DNA of 41,307 nucleotides from Chiloscyllium plagiosum (GCF_004010195.1 NC_057751.1:10119457-10160763), one strand, 5' to 3'; shown: positions 25,801 to 35,440, numbered from the stretch's first letter. Program-made: numbers and translations. The notes: a model not told the origin generated them from the letters alone.

Positions 25801-28255
25801 CAACGACATTCTTGTGGATCTGGACTCAAACTCAGCAAGGACGATGGATATCCTTCCCGAAAAGACATTTGTGAATTTACAAGAATCAATAAACCATTTG
25901 GCAAGTTATTAATTCCAAATTTTAATTATAGAGTCATAGAGAAGTATCAAAACAGACCCTTCGGTCATGCTCACCAGATATCCTAAAATAATATAGTCCC
26001 AGGTGCCAGCATTTAGAGTCACAGAGATGTCCAGCATGGAAACAGACCCTTCGGTCCAACCCGTCCATGCCGATCAGATATCCCAACCCAATCTAGTCCC
26101 ACTTGCCAGCACCTGGCCCATATCCCTCCAAACCCTTCCTATTCATATACCCATCCAAATGCCTTTTAATTGTACCAGCCTCCACCACTTTCTCTGTCAG
26201 CTTATTCCATACCCGCACCACCCTCTGTGTGAAAACGTTGCCAGTTAGGTCTCTTTTATATCTTTCCCCTCTCACCCTAAACCTATATCCCTTATTTTGG
26301 ACTCCACAACCCCAAGGAAAAGATCTTGTCTGTTTACCCTATCCATGTCCCTCGTGATTCTGTAAACCACTGGAAGGTCACCCCTCAGTCTTTGATGCTT
26401 CAGGGAAAATAGCCCCAATGTAGTTAGCCTTTCCCTGTCGCTCAAACCTTCCAACCCTGTCAACATCCTTGTAAATCTTTTCTGAAGCCTTTCAAGTTTT
26501 ACAACGTCCTTCCACAGTATTGACACAGTATTTCAAAAGTGATCTAACCAATGTACTGTACAGCTGCAACATGGCCTCTCAACTCTTATACTCAGTGCCC
26601 TGACCAATAAAGGCAAGCATGTTAAACACCTTTTCACTATCGTGTCAACCTGTGACTCCACTTGGATGGAACTATAAACCTGCACTCCAACATCTCTTTG
26701 TTCAGCAATATTCCCCAGGATCTACCTACTAATTGTATAAGTTCTGCCCTGATTTGCTTATCCAAAATGCAGCACCTCACATTTATCTAAGTTAAACTCC
26801 ATCTGCCACTTCTCAGTCCATTGGCCCATCTGATCAGGATCATGTTGTACTCTGAGGTAACCTTCTTCGTTGTCCACTACACCTCCAAATTTGGTGTCAT
26901 CTGCAGATTTGCTAACCATACCTCCTATGTTCATATCCACATCAGTTATATTATTGAGGATTGATTAAGGTTTCACCTTCTGCTATGGTGGGGTTCAAAC
27001 CAGAACATTAGACTGGATTGCTGGATTATGAGTTCAATTACAGTTTTTTTATTGCAAAAGATATACTTTATTCATTAAAAAAATCTTCATCTGCATTCAC
27101 TGGGCAGTTCCATATAGTCTTTGCGTATCAAGAGAAACAAACATTCCAATTTGACAAAAGCCAAAGGTATTTCTTTCTTATGCAGGACACTGTTTACACA
27201 CACTGAGGCAATGAGAAGGTCTGATAACTGAACAGGCACTCATTATCCTTCAGCAAAAAGACCTTATATAGTGGTCTCTCCCCACTGTGCTTTGGCAGCA
27301 GCTGCCCAAGCATTAGTGCCTCCCTCAGCATGTATTCCTGGACATTGGAATCTACCAGTCTGTGACACTCGTTTGAGTTCAGCTCATTACAGTGGAAGAT
27401 CAACATGTTTCGGACAGACCAAAGAGCGTCTTTCACTGAGTTGATAATCCTCTAGGCTCAGATGATGTTTGTCTCAATGTGCGTCCCAGGGGACAACCTG
27501 TAGAGCAAAGAGTCCTACGTTACGGAGCAGCTCGGTCCAAACCTCGACCAAAACCACTGCATTTCTCTCCAGACCTTCTTTGCAAAGGAGCATTCCAGAG
27601 CAATGAGTGGCACTCTCCTCACTAGTGCAATCACTTTGAGGGCAGTGTGTGGTGGTGCACAGAGACCCAAGTGTATATAAAGGATCTGATGGGGAGTGCC
27701 AGCTACATCTTGATGTTCATGGGAAAGTTCTGGCGATGTGGCATTCTGCCAAATAATTATGACAGTCTGCTCAGGGAACCATGTTACAGGATTCACCCAC
27801 TCCTTTTGCTGTAGGGACTCGAGGCTGCTATGTGCTGACCACTGCCTGATGGTCTTGTGGTCAAAGATGTTTTTCTTTACAATCACAATACCGCTACACC
27901 ATTGCCTCCCTTGAAGTGGAACTGAAAATAGTAGATATCATCAACGCAATATGTCTGAAATTCCATTTCACCTTGTACTTCAAAAGACTGGTTCAAACAT
28001 TTTTCCTATTTCCCCGCAGGAGTTGAAATGTTTGCCAAAAAAAACCCAAAACAGCTCCTGAAAAGGTTGGAAACATACTTGATGGAACGTCAGAATGGAA
28101 CAGTCTTGTCGGCAGACAAGGTGTCCTCAACTTCAAACCACACTCAGACTGGGATGAGATCAAAATCAGCATCTAACATAAACACCAAAGAAATGAATTT
28201 TATGGGTGTGTGTGAGCTGGAGCCAGAACCTGAGGGCGAGGTGCGGCTAATCTAA
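13..28255 (+). CDS. ELMOD3: ELMO domain-containing protein 3 (ARF/ARL-family GAP); spliced CDS join(13..48 [probable],1340..1417,1559..1628,7681..7740,17970..18058,21434..21557,22428..22550,23655..23785,24137..24213,25212..25339,28020..28255), about 383 aa
   Basis: Exons found by hand with AG/GT boundaries and fully consistent phases. The translation carries the ELMO-domain signature [17 protein letters not shown] plus [63 protein letters not shown] and [11 protein letters not shown], all closely matching vertebrate ELMOD3 as I recall it. Confidence 0.95.
200..890 (-). mobile_element. Old, decayed CR1-type LINE 3' fragment
   Basis: Degenerate similarity to the CR1 ORF2 C-terminus and 3'UTR (minus ORF begins EMRRNFF). 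Confidence 0.55.
1340..1417 (+). CDS. ELMOD3: ELMOD3 coding exon ([26 protein letters not shown])
   Basis: ttttcag|G acceptor, CCT|gtgagt donor, 78 nt, phase 0-0; the end joins ISALK as human GIP joins ISELK. Confidence 0.8.
1559..1628 (+). CDS. ELMOD3: ELMOD3 coding exon ([23 protein letters not shown])
   Basis: ttccag|A acceptor, AAG|gtgagt donor, 70 nt, phase 0-1; similar to human ISELKNHGILQALT. Confidence 0.9.
4813..5732. mobile_element. Solo LTR of a Gypsy-type LTR retrotransposon (about 0.6 kb once the nested SINE is removed)
   Basis: TG...CA termini with imperfect inverted ends (TGTTATGAA / TTCATCACA) and a 4-bp TSD ATAT (4809-4812, 5733-5736). Removing it restores contiguous CR1 sequence. 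Confidence 0.85.
5138..5444 (+). mobile_element. HE1-type (V-SINE superfamily) tRNA-derived SINE, young copy nested in the solo LTR
   Basis: A box TGGCACAGTGG, B box GGTTCAATTCC, V-domain TGTGGAGTTTGCACGTTCTCCCCGTGTCTGCGTGGGTTTCCTCCGGGTGCTCCGGTTTCCTCCCACAGTCCAAAGA, CR1-like tail GGGCCTGTTTCCACACTGTA+(TAATC). CpGs retained; flanked by GAGAGAG on both sides. Confidence 0.92.
7681..7740 (+). CDS. ELMOD3: ELMOD3 coding exon ([20 protein letters not shown])
   Basis: acttttgcag| acceptor, GAG|gtgaaa donor, 60 nt, phase 1-1; similar to human STEVVRAQEEWEAVDTIQ. Confidence 0.9.
8280..10700 (+). mobile_element. Highly decayed, fragmented CR1-type LINE pieces (3' end apparently resumes at about 15480-15630)
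   Basis: Degenerate CR1 motifs such as W-x-MKYNVGK near 9490, the 'gaagtttagaagaatgaaaggtgatc' segment near 10500, and a CR1-like 3' end ctactcctgct...cttatgtt at about 15610-15630. Not all of the interval is CR1. Confidence 0.5.
10015..10380 (+). mobile_element. Rex1/Babar-type LINE 3' fragment
   Basis: Degenerate [24 protein letters not shown]...[10 protein letters not shown]...FFP, the typical Rex1 C-terminus, ending in an (AATA)n tail. Confidence 0.7.
10704..14440 (-). mobile_element. Tx1-type (L1 clade) non-LTR retrotransposon, decayed, with internal deletions
   Basis: ORF2 start [10 protein letters not shown] at 13868, APE motif [32 protein letters not shown] motif [20 protein letters not shown]...[14 protein letters not shown] (10734-10739, minus) and A-rich tail. 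Confidence 0.9.
14444..15476 (-). mobile_element. CR1 LINE fragment with the RT core deleted
   Basis: CR1 3' tail at about 14444-14490. C-terminal [15 protein letters not shown]...[13 protein letters not shown] is fused near 15000 directly to pre-RT linker sequence (LDVLKHI). Confidence 0.88.
16272..16300 (-). ncRNA. Minimal PLE-type hammerhead ribozyme motif
   Basis: Minus strand CUGAUGA-A-GGAG(CAGCA)CUCU-GAAA-GCUA; palindromic AGCU, CUA site. Confidence 0.6.
16822..16849. repeat. (TG)14 microsatellite within the TG/CA-rich PLE arm
   Basis: Directly visible; mirrored by CA-rich sequence at about 17385-17545. Confidence 0.9.
17970..18058 (+). CDS. ELMOD3: ELMOD3 coding exon ([30 protein letters not shown])
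   Basis: cttttccag| acceptor, AGG|gtaagc donor, 89 nt, phase 1-0; [16 protein letters not shown] motif. Confidence 0.95.
18118..20693 (+). mobile_element. Penelope-like element (Neptune-like): RT plus GIY-YIG, preceded by an inverted copy of its 3' ~0.95 kb
   Basis: RT motifs [34 protein letters not shown] and [17 protein letters not shown]; Cys-rich linker [26 protein letters not shown] (degenerate GIY-YIG). 18118-19080 is inverted relative to about 19840-20693. 15-bp TSD CTTTTAATTTTGATG (18103-18117, 20694-20708). Confidence 0.92.
21077..21414 (-). mobile_element. CR1 3' fragment (same tail type as the 3279 element)
   Basis: (CATGGAA)n tail; minus [25 protein letters not shown]; possible AATTT TSD. 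Confidence 0.88.
21434..21557 (+). CDS. ELMOD3: ELMOD3 coding exon ([41 protein letters not shown])
   Basis: tttacag| acceptor, AGT|gtgagt donor, 124 nt, phase 0-1. Confidence 0.96.
21750..22113 (+). mobile_element. Ancient DeuSINE-type SINE (SacSINE1/AmnSINE1-like), decayed
   Basis: Deu-domain-like TAAAAGATCACATCAC...GGAGAGTTATCACTGGTGTC...TTATCCCTCA and tail ACAACAGTGATCACACTTCAAAAAGTACTT...TAAATGCAAGT, recognised from memory of the consensus. Confidence 0.7.
22428..22550 (+). CDS. ELMOD3: ELMOD3 coding exon ([41 protein letters not shown])
   Basis: ggcacag| acceptor, AAG|gtaagg donor, 123 nt, phase 1-1; start of the ELMO domain. Confidence 0.96.
23655..23785 (+). CDS. ELMOD3: ELMOD3 coding exon ([44 protein letters not shown])
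   Basis: ttttactag| acceptor, CAA|gttagt donor, 131 nt, phase 1-0; contains the conserved PxTD(L/F)RG arginine of ELMOD GAPs. Confidence 0.96.
24137..24213 (+). CDS. ELMOD3: ELMOD3 coding exon ([26 protein letters not shown])
   Basis: ttgttgcag| acceptor, CAA|gtaggt donor, 77 nt, phase 0-2. Confidence 0.96.
24715..24815 (-). mobile_element. tRNA-derived SINE head fragment
   Basis: Minus strand TGATGTAGTGG...GAGTTCAAGTCCC resembles Pol III A and B boxes. Confidence 0.5.
24877..25020. mobile_element. Short PLE-derived fold-back remnant
   Basis: Shares the terminus of the 18118 element (AAAGTGAG-ACTGCAG...GGTCAGGCAGCATC); internal inverted repeat at 24960-25020. Confidence 0.8.
25212..25339 (+). 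CDS. ELMOD3: ELMOD3 coding exon ([42 protein letters not shown])
   Basis: tgtgacag| acceptor, AAG|gtgaga donor, 128 nt, phase 2-1. Confidence 0.96.
25929..26940 (-). mobile_element. CR1 3' fragment with two tandem 3' ends (about 25929-26013 and 26014 onward)
   Basis: [49 protein letters not shown]; the tail AGAGTCA(C/T)AGAG...AAACAGACCCTTCGGTC occurs twice. Confidence 0.9.
27043..27879 (-). mobile_element. Tx1-type LINE 3' fragment
   Basis: Homologous to 10704-11520. C-terminal Cys region [15 protein letters not shown] and [19 protein letters not shown] plus poly(A) tail; imperfect TSD CAAT(T/C)ACA (27035-27042, 27880-27887). Confidence 0.85.
28020..28255 (+). CDS. ELMOD3: ELMOD3 last coding exon ([21 protein letters not shown]...EGEVRLI*)
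   Basis: tttccccgcag| acceptor in phase 1, TAA at 28253-28255; matches human [21 protein letters not shown]...EGVWLI. Confidence 0.95.
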
Positions 28256-29044
28256 ATCTGTTGTGAGTGATGAAATGTGAGAAAGATAATCAACGTCACC
28301 TTGTAGCAGGGATGTGACACTTGATTGTTTCACCATTCTGGCATGCAGTACACAAATACTGGACATTATATGTTGCCGTAAACCCCACACAACAAAAATA
28401 GAACTCTTGCTTTCCTGACAAACAGTGGCTTGCAAATGTGTAAGTGTTGTAGGCGTGTCATACTCGCTCAAAAGATATTCAGCACGACTTGAACTTGAGT
28501 GCTGTTTCCAGAAAATGCTAGAACACAGATGCTTTCTGCTTCCTTTTGAACACAATAGTGCCAGACTCTTGGCAGGAATGCAGTCCCTACTCAGGAGAGG
28601 AGAATGTCTTTGTTTCTTTCAATAGAGGTGCCGCCTGTGCTCGACATAGTTTGTACTGTACATTCAAAGAAATGCAAATTAGCTTTATTTCTGAGTTTGT
28701 GTTGTGAGTAACAAAGAAAGAGTTTAAAGATTTGATTCCACTCTGATGTTACTCATATTAAGGCGAGGCAGTTAAAGGACTTGGGCTGAATGAAGAAATG
28801 TTTCTTTCAGGATGGTTCTGTCTCTGCCTGACTTAAACTTAACCGTGAAAGCTGGTTGACTTATATATGAGATATATAAATTTATCAAAACGTGATTTTT
28901 GTTAGCACTACATGATTTGACAGTACCTAATCCCATTCTCTGTTACCCTTCTGCACTACCAGTTTTGATCATAAGCTATAGGCCATTTGAGCAAGCAAAA
29001 AATCTCTTCCAACTTTGGAAAGTGTTAAAGTTCATAATAAAGTA

Positions 29045-29249
29045 CTGGATAAAAGCAAATTACTGCGGATGCTGGAATCTGAAACCAAAAGAGAAAATGC
29101 TGGAAAATCTCAGCATGTCTGGCAGCATCAGTAAGGAGAGAAAAGAGCTGACGTTTCGAGTCTAACTGACCTCGAAACATCAGCTCTTTTCTCTCCTTAC
29201 AGATGCTGCCAGACCTGCTGAGATTTTCCAGCATTTCCTCTTTCGGTTT
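29045..29249. mobile_element. PLE-derived miniature fold-back element in the presumed ELMOD3 3'UTR
   Basis: Arms 29082-29160 and 29171-29249 (79 bp, 5 mismatches), 10-nt loop, 11-bp TSD ATAATAAAGTA (29034-29044, 29250-29260). Confidence 0.88.
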
Positions 29250-29973
29250 ATAATAAAGTAAATATCCAATTATTAGTTGCTGGTGACATGCTCATTACAT
29301 TTAAATAAATAGTCCTTCATGTATCCCAGTCTTTTAGCTTTTGGTATCATTGTATTTTATACCTTCATGTTCTTTTGAAAAGATGCTCCAAGGTATCCAC
29401 CTGGCCAAGGTGGCTTGTATTCATTTGTAACTACTGGTCTTATCAGGATGTAGTTACCCCTCCTTCAATTCGCCTTACTGATTGCAAAATAAGTGATGTC
29501 AGGTCTTCCCATCTTGAATCAAACAATTGTCAAATTATTCGTCAATTTTTTGTGGCAGTAAAATTGGGCCTGCCAAAAACCTTTATTTTGGGTTCATTGT
29601 ATTCTTTGTGTTAATTTTTTATTCTAAATTGGACTGTTTCGCTCTCAAGATCTCTGTGAACAATTGCTAAAAGGCATGAAACATTTCTATTTTCACAGAT
29701 CTTTGTTTCTGGGTGAAATTAAATTTTAGTTATCCCTTACTTTACCTTTTCAGTATATGATTAGCCTCAATGATTATTAATTGCATTAGTAATTAGTTTA
29801 TCCTATCAGTGTCAGTCACTTGTGTGTACCATTTTGTTGAAACTGTGGGCAGTTTGGAGCAGTTAAGGATCTGCTGTTTTTGCCAATATTTTGAGAAGAA
29901 AAGAATTTTGAACTTACTTTCTAAGAGGAAGCCATTTGGGAGGCTATCGGCAAGAGCAACTCACCTTATGCAC

Positions 29974-30510
29974 TTTTTTTTGTTCACTCGTGGGACATGG
30001 GTGTCACTGGCTGGCCAGCATTTATTGCCCATTCCTAGTTGCTTTTGAGAAGTTGGTGGTGAGTTGTTGCCACCCACATGTTGTATGCTGATTTATAATG
30101 TCCTTTGGGAGGCAGTTTCAAAATTTCGACCCAGCAAGAATGAAGGAATGTCAATGTATTTCTAAGTCAGGATGGTGAGTAGCTTGGAGAGGAACTTAAA
30201 GGTGGTGGACTCCCCGTGTATCTTTGGTCATGGATTTGGAAGATGTTGTTGAAGTATCTTTGGTGAATTTCTACAGTGCATCTTCTGGATAGTATACACT
30301 ACTGTCGCTGAGCGTTGGTGGTGCAGTGAATGTTTTGTGGATGTGGTGCCAATTAAGAGGGCTTTTTTGGCCTGGATGATGTCAAACTAGGTGTTGTTTG
30401 AGCTGCACCCATCCAGGCAGGTGGTGAATGTCCCATCTCTCCCCTGATTTGTGCTTTGTAGGTGGCGGACAGGCTTTGGGGAGTCAGGAGGTGAGTTATC
30501 GCTCCTTATT
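29974..30510 (-). mobile_element. 3' end of a CR1/L2-group LINE, decayed
   Basis: Minus tail GGGCAATAAATGCTGGCCAGCCAGTGACACCCATGTCCCACGAGTGAAC+poly(A), shared with the SINEs at 25690 and 36638. Confidence 0.7.
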
Positions 30511-32127
30511 TCCCTTGTAGCCCTGGAGATGTTTTGTCTTCATGTACTAATCCAATCCTGTTCCAAAGGCTTTGATTATATCTATTTCCATCATACACTC
30601 AGGCATTTCAGATTTACACACCTAACCATTTGCTGCTCAATTTGTTTTGCTGTTACTACTTTAAATCATGTCCTCGTGTTCTTGATCCTTCCACCAAAAG
30701 TAATATGATTCTATCTAAACCTGTCATGATTCTGAACACCCTCATCAAATCTCCTCGTGATTTTGTCCAGAGCCCTAACTTGTCCAGTTGATCCCTGTAA
30801 CTGAAGTTCCTCACCCCAGCAACCATTTTCACAGATCCTTTCTACATCCTCCTAACTTCATTCATACCTTTCCGAAACGATGTTGCCCAAAATTGTATAT
30901 TATAATATTCCAGCTGAGACCAAACCAGTTTTGTTTTTTTTTGCATTGAATAATTGCATTGCTTTTGTTCTCTATTCCATTATATGCAAAGCTCAGTTTA
31001 TTTTGAAACATCCAGACTCATTGAGCAGCACATTTACAACTACTTCCTTTCTCCCCAACCCTCACCCTACCCAACAACTGGAAAACTGCCCTAAATAACA
31101 CTTTTAATTCAAGCATTCAAACAGGTAATGTTGACAATCAGCAACATCTGGCTGTGTTAATCTCTAGCAAGATGCCTTTGCACACTTAGATGTTCCCAAG
31201 ATAAGTTTTTTTTGTCCAACTGCTGTTCAGCTGGCTGAAATTACTTGAATGGGATGTGTCCTTATGAGGTAAATGTGCATTCCATGTGAGCTGAAGAAAA
31301 TCTGCTTGTGGACCTTTTCATTGGTTGGCAGACTTTTTCTAATATATGGCGACAACCATGTGATCAAAAATAACATTTTTTAAAGAATTTATAAAATGTG
31401 ATGGTCACTGGGTGACATGTTCAGGGACATTCAGCTGCACTGTGTCTGGAGAAAGAATATGGAGCATTACAATAGGAAATTCAGGGGCTGCTAGGTATGG
31501 AATTGTCACCAGCAGAGTGAAGCAAGGAATTCATAGCAGTTCATAATAATCCTATTTGGTGAGAAATTGTTCACAGAAGGTTCAGAGTAGTTGGGACAAC
31601 ATCACTTTTGAGAGAGATTTTGTTTTGCATCCAATCTTTAATTATTTTATCTGTCTTCAGACAGGTCCGGATCTGAGGTGAGATGAAGACACTTCAATGT
31701 TGTGGAGTTGAGGGCTTGGTCAATTTAGTGATTGAAATAGATTTAATATTTGAACACATTTGCACGTGAATCCAAAGGCCCTTTCCAACTCTGAATGTAC
31801 TGTAATAATTGTGCAGAAACAAGGTGTGTACTGAGAATCTATGAAAATCTCTTAAATCCTTTTCATTAATCTCTGGGCTGTTGAAGTGATTGTAGGTAAT
31901 GTGATGTAGTTTCAAAACTTTGACTTTTTATTGACAGGTCTCAATTATTATATAGTTTTCTTTGCACAAAGTCGCGGGTTAATTGATGTTTATCATAATC
32001 AGGATTTTACTAACGAGCACTGTGATTGGCTGTATTGAAGATGTAATGTTAACACTGTTCTTGGATGTTATGGTAATATAGCACTAAACATCTTTATTTT
32101 TGCATCCATTAAATTTTATGTTTTTAA

Positions 32128-32137
32128 AATAAATAAA
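32128..32137 (+). terminator. Likely distal polyadenylation signal of ELMOD3 (two overlapping AATAAA), implying a 3'UTR of about 3.9 kb
   Basis: AAATAAATAAA preceded by U-rich sequence and an ATTAAA at about 32108, typical of a vertebrate 3' end. Alternative AATAAA at 29036 and 29252. Confidence 0.5.
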
Positions 32138-32176
32138 TGAATCTGCAGCTATTAACTGTTTCAGTATCATCATTAT

Positions 32177-32475
32177 GGGGCGGCACAGTAGCTCAGTGGT
32201 TAGCACTGCTGCCTTATAGGACCAGGGTCTCAGGTTCGATTCTAGCCTCGGGTGACTGTGTGGAGTTCGTACATTCCCCCCATATCTGCGTGGGTTTCCT
32301 CCCCCAATCCAAAGACCTGCAGGTCAGGTGAATTTGCCATGCTAAATTGCCCATAATGTTCAGTGCATTAGCCAGAGAGAAATGGATCTGTGTGGGTTAC
32401 TCTTCGGAGGGTCGGTGTGGACAGTTTGGGCCGAAGGGCCTGTTTCCACACTGTAGGAAATCTAATCTAATCTAA
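32177..32475 (+). mobile_element. HE1-type V-SINE
   Basis: Homologous to 5138-5444; A and B boxes, (TCTAA)n tail. Confidence 0.9.
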
Positions 32476-33099
32476 ACAAATAGAAGAGGTTGCAAGTTTG
32501 GCATTTTTGAAACACTCTCCTCTATTTATAATTTCAGCTATTTTAATAATTATGTTAAAGCTCAGGAAAAAATGTGAAGGCTCGGTTTGGTAACACAACC
32601 AAAATCTTACTGAAAATTAAATTATGCAATTTATATTTGAATTTTTCAGCGCTAGTTCTAGTATCACTAATACTTGCTACTTAGGTTGCTGAACTGACAT
32701 ATTCAACTGTCACATGTTTTAATATTGTTTGAGGAAATATAAAAAATAGGAGCAGGCGTGAGTCATTCAACCCCTTGAACCTGCACTACCATTCATTATG
32801 ATCAAGAACAAAATATCAAAGCGCAGCAGGTCAGGCAGCATCCAAGGAACAGGAGAATCGACGTTTCGGGCATAAGCCCTTCTTCAGGAATGAGGAAAGT
32901 GTGTCCAGCAGGCTAAGATAAAAGGTAGGGAAGAGGGACTTGGGGGAGGGGCGTTGGAAGTGCGATAGGTGGAAAGAGGTCAAGGTGAGGGTGATAGGTC
33001 AGACTGGGGTGGGGTCGGAGAGGTCAGGAAGAAGATTCCTGGTTAGGAAGACGGTGCTGAGTTCGAGGGATTTGACTGAGACAAGGTGAGGGGAGGGAA

Positions 33100-33787
33100 N
33101 NNNNNNNNNNNNNNNNNNNNNNNNNNNNNNNNNNNNNNNNNNNNNNNNNNNNNNNNNNNNNNNNNNNNNNNNNNNNNNNNNNNNNNNNNNNNNNNNNNNN
33201 NNNNNNNNNNNNNNNNNNNNNNNNNNNNNNNNNNNNNNNNNNNNNNNNNNNNNNNNNNNNNNNNNNNNNNNNNNNNNNNNNNNNNNNNNNNNNNNNNNNN
33301 NNNNNNNNNNNNNNNNNNNNNNNNNNNNNNNNNNNNNNNNNNNNNNNNNNNNNNNNNNNNNNNNNNNNNNNNNNNNNNNNNNNNNNNNNNNNNNNNNNNN
33401 NNNNNNNNNNNNNNNNNNNNNNNNNNNNNNNNNNNNNNNNNNNNNNNNNNNNNNNNNNNNNNNNNNNNNNNNNNNNNNNNNNNNNNNNNNNNNNNNNNNN
33501 NNNNNNNNNNNNNNNNNNNNNNNNNNNNNNNNNNNNNNNNNNNNNNNNNNNNNNNNNNNNNNNNNNNNNNNNNNNNNNNNNNNNNNNNNNNNNNNNNNNN
33601 NNNNNNNNNNNNNNNNNNNNNNNNNNNNNNNNNNNNNNNNNNNNNNNNNNNNNNNNNNNNNNNNNNNNNNNNNNNNNNNNNNNNNNNNNNNNNNNNNNNN
33701 NNNNNNNNNNNNNNNNNNNNNNNNNNNNNNNNNNNNNNNNNNNNNNNNNNNNNNNNNNNNNNNNNNNNNNNNNNNNNNNNNNNNNNN
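33100..33787. other. Assembly gap (688 N)
   Basis: Run of N. Confidence 1.
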
Positions 33788-33817
33788 CTTAGCCTGCTGG
33801 ACACACTTTCCTCATTC

Positions 33818-33845
33818 CTGAAGAAGGGCTTATGCCCGAAACGTC
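33818..33845 (+). ncRNA. Minimal PLE-type hammerhead ribozyme motif (mirror copy on minus strand at 32860-32887)
   Basis: CUGAAGA-A-GGGC(UUAU)GCCC-GAAA-CGUC: complete core, perfect stem II, palindromic ACGU instead of stem III, GUC site. Stem I is weak. Confidence 0.7.
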
Positions 33846-34007
33846 GATTCTCCTGTTCCTTGGATGCTGTCTGACCTGCTGCGCTTTTCCAGCAACACAT
33901 TTTCAGCTCTGATCTCCAGCATCTGCAGTTCTCACTTTCTCCAACAAAATGTCAAAGCCAATTGTGGTAGTAAAGAAAGCAGCAATCATGGAATTTTTTT
34001 CGAAAAT

Positions 34008-34582
34008 AGAATCAGGGAATCTCTACAGTGTGAAAGCAGGCCACTCAGCCTATCGAGTCTTCACTGGCCCACTAAAGACCATTCCACCCAGACCGAACCC
34101 CATCCATGTAACCCCGCATTTCACATGGCTAATTCATCTAGCTTGCACATTGCTATGGCCAATCCACCAAACCGGCACATCTTTGGATTTTCCAATGAAA
34201 CCGGACCACCTGGAGAACACGCACACAGATACGAGGAGAAAGCAAGGGCTGCAGATGCTGGAGTTCACAGTCAAAAAGTGTGTTGCTGGAAAAGCACAGC
34301 CAGTCAGGCAGCATCAGAGGAGCAGAAGAGTCAACGTTTAAAGCACAAGTTCTTCATCAGCTCTTCAACATTTCTGATGAAGAGTTTCTGCTTGAAACAT
34401 CGACTCTCCTGCTCCTCGGATGCTGCCTGACTAACTGTGCTTTTCCAGCACCACACTTTTTGATGCTCACAGATACAGGAAGAATGTACAAACTTCACAC
34501 AGACAGTTGCACGAGGCTGGAATTGAACCTAGGTTCCTGGCGCTGTGAGGCAGCACTAATAACCACTGAACTACTATGCTGT
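34008..34582 (-). mobile_element. HE1-related V-SINE interrupted by a PLE fold-back
   Basis: tRNA head at about 34515-34582 (minus), V-domain, CR1-like tail at about 34010-34060. Confidence 0.8.
34233..34467. mobile_element. PLE-derived miniature fold-back element nested in a SINE
   Basis: Arms at about 34271-34350 and 34374-34463; exact 9-bp TSD CACAGATAC (34224-34232, 34468-34476); hammerhead-like CTGATGAAGAGTTTCTGCTTGAAACATC. Confidence 0.88.
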
Positions 34583-34729
34583 GAATGTGAGAAACCCATG
34601 GGATTGACAGCATTTTGGGATGGACAGTTTGACCTTGCTTTGGATTTGGATGGAGGGTACAGAGAATAAAAATGCTTGACACCCTCAACTGTTGAGTTTT
34701 AACATCATGACAGCTGAAAACTGTTCTCC

Positions 34730-35081
34730 TCTTCTCATTCTGTAACCACTTACAGGTCTACTGGACCCAATGACATTTGTTTTAACACTTATGCCTTATA
34801 ACATCACTTTTGATAATAATCATCATTCCAGACCTTTTTCAGATTGCACCCTTTTGTTCTTTCCCTATTCTTGGTCCCCACACCATTCAGCAATCCTCCC
34901 TTTTCCTTGACATGATCCTTGTTTCACAGTTTCAGGATGTTACTTGTACCCTCCAGTTCTGATTAAGGGACGTGAATCTGAAATCTTACCTCTTTTCCGC
35001 TCTCCACAGGAGGTCTCTGACTTGCTCAGCGTTTTGTTTTCATTTCATATCTTCATTTCGACAGTATTTGGCTTTTGTTTC
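34730..35081 (+). mobile_element. Old, decayed PLE 3' end
   Basis: Pyrimidine-rich tract, degenerate hammerhead (CTGATTAAGGG...CTGAAA) and terminus CAGTATTTGGCTTTTG, similar to the 29045 family end. Confidence 0.5.
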
Positions 35082-35440
35082 ATGGATTCTTTATTGTGAC
35101 CTGGACAACTTGATGCATATAATATCATTGACTTGCCAACAAAACAAATTTGAAAGGTGACAGCCAGTACCCTTGAGTGCATCTCACAAGTAGTTTTTTG
35201 ACCAATATATTATGTTTCTTCTGATACTGAGGTTAACCAAATTTGATTGCCTGAAATCTTTTTTCATGTTTCCACAACAATTCTCCATGATTCAGTTTGA
35301 GTGCTTTACTTAATGAATTGGTTAGGTTCTGTGCCTTTCCATTAATTTTTCATCCAGAAAGCACAAATCTGGTCAAGATATTGCCATAATTTTGAATGTG
35401 AAAACTGTGGTTTTGGGTGAATTTTAATTCTGTGTCAAAA

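Larger units (their letters stand above)
25690..27910 (-). mobile_element. tRNA-derived SINE split into three pieces (about 25690-25928, 26945-27042, 27880-27910) by CR1 and Tx1 insertions
   Basis: The pieces are collinear with the reverse complement of the SINE at 36638-36960 (tail ATAAATGCTGGCCC, B box GGTTTGAACCCCACCA, head GGAGGCAATGGTGTAGCGGTATTG). Confidence 0.7.
32818..33942. mobile_element. Very young Penelope-like fold-back insertion spanning the assembly gap
   Basis: 32818-32917 and 33788-33887 are reverse complements with 1 mismatch in 100 nt. TSD AACAAAAT(A/G)TC (32807-32817, 33943-33953). Intact hammerhead cores in both arms. Confidence 0.88.

Noticed and set aside
33043..33900. 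Long ORFs of 285 and 262 aa
   Set aside because: Artefacts of translating through the 688-N gap.
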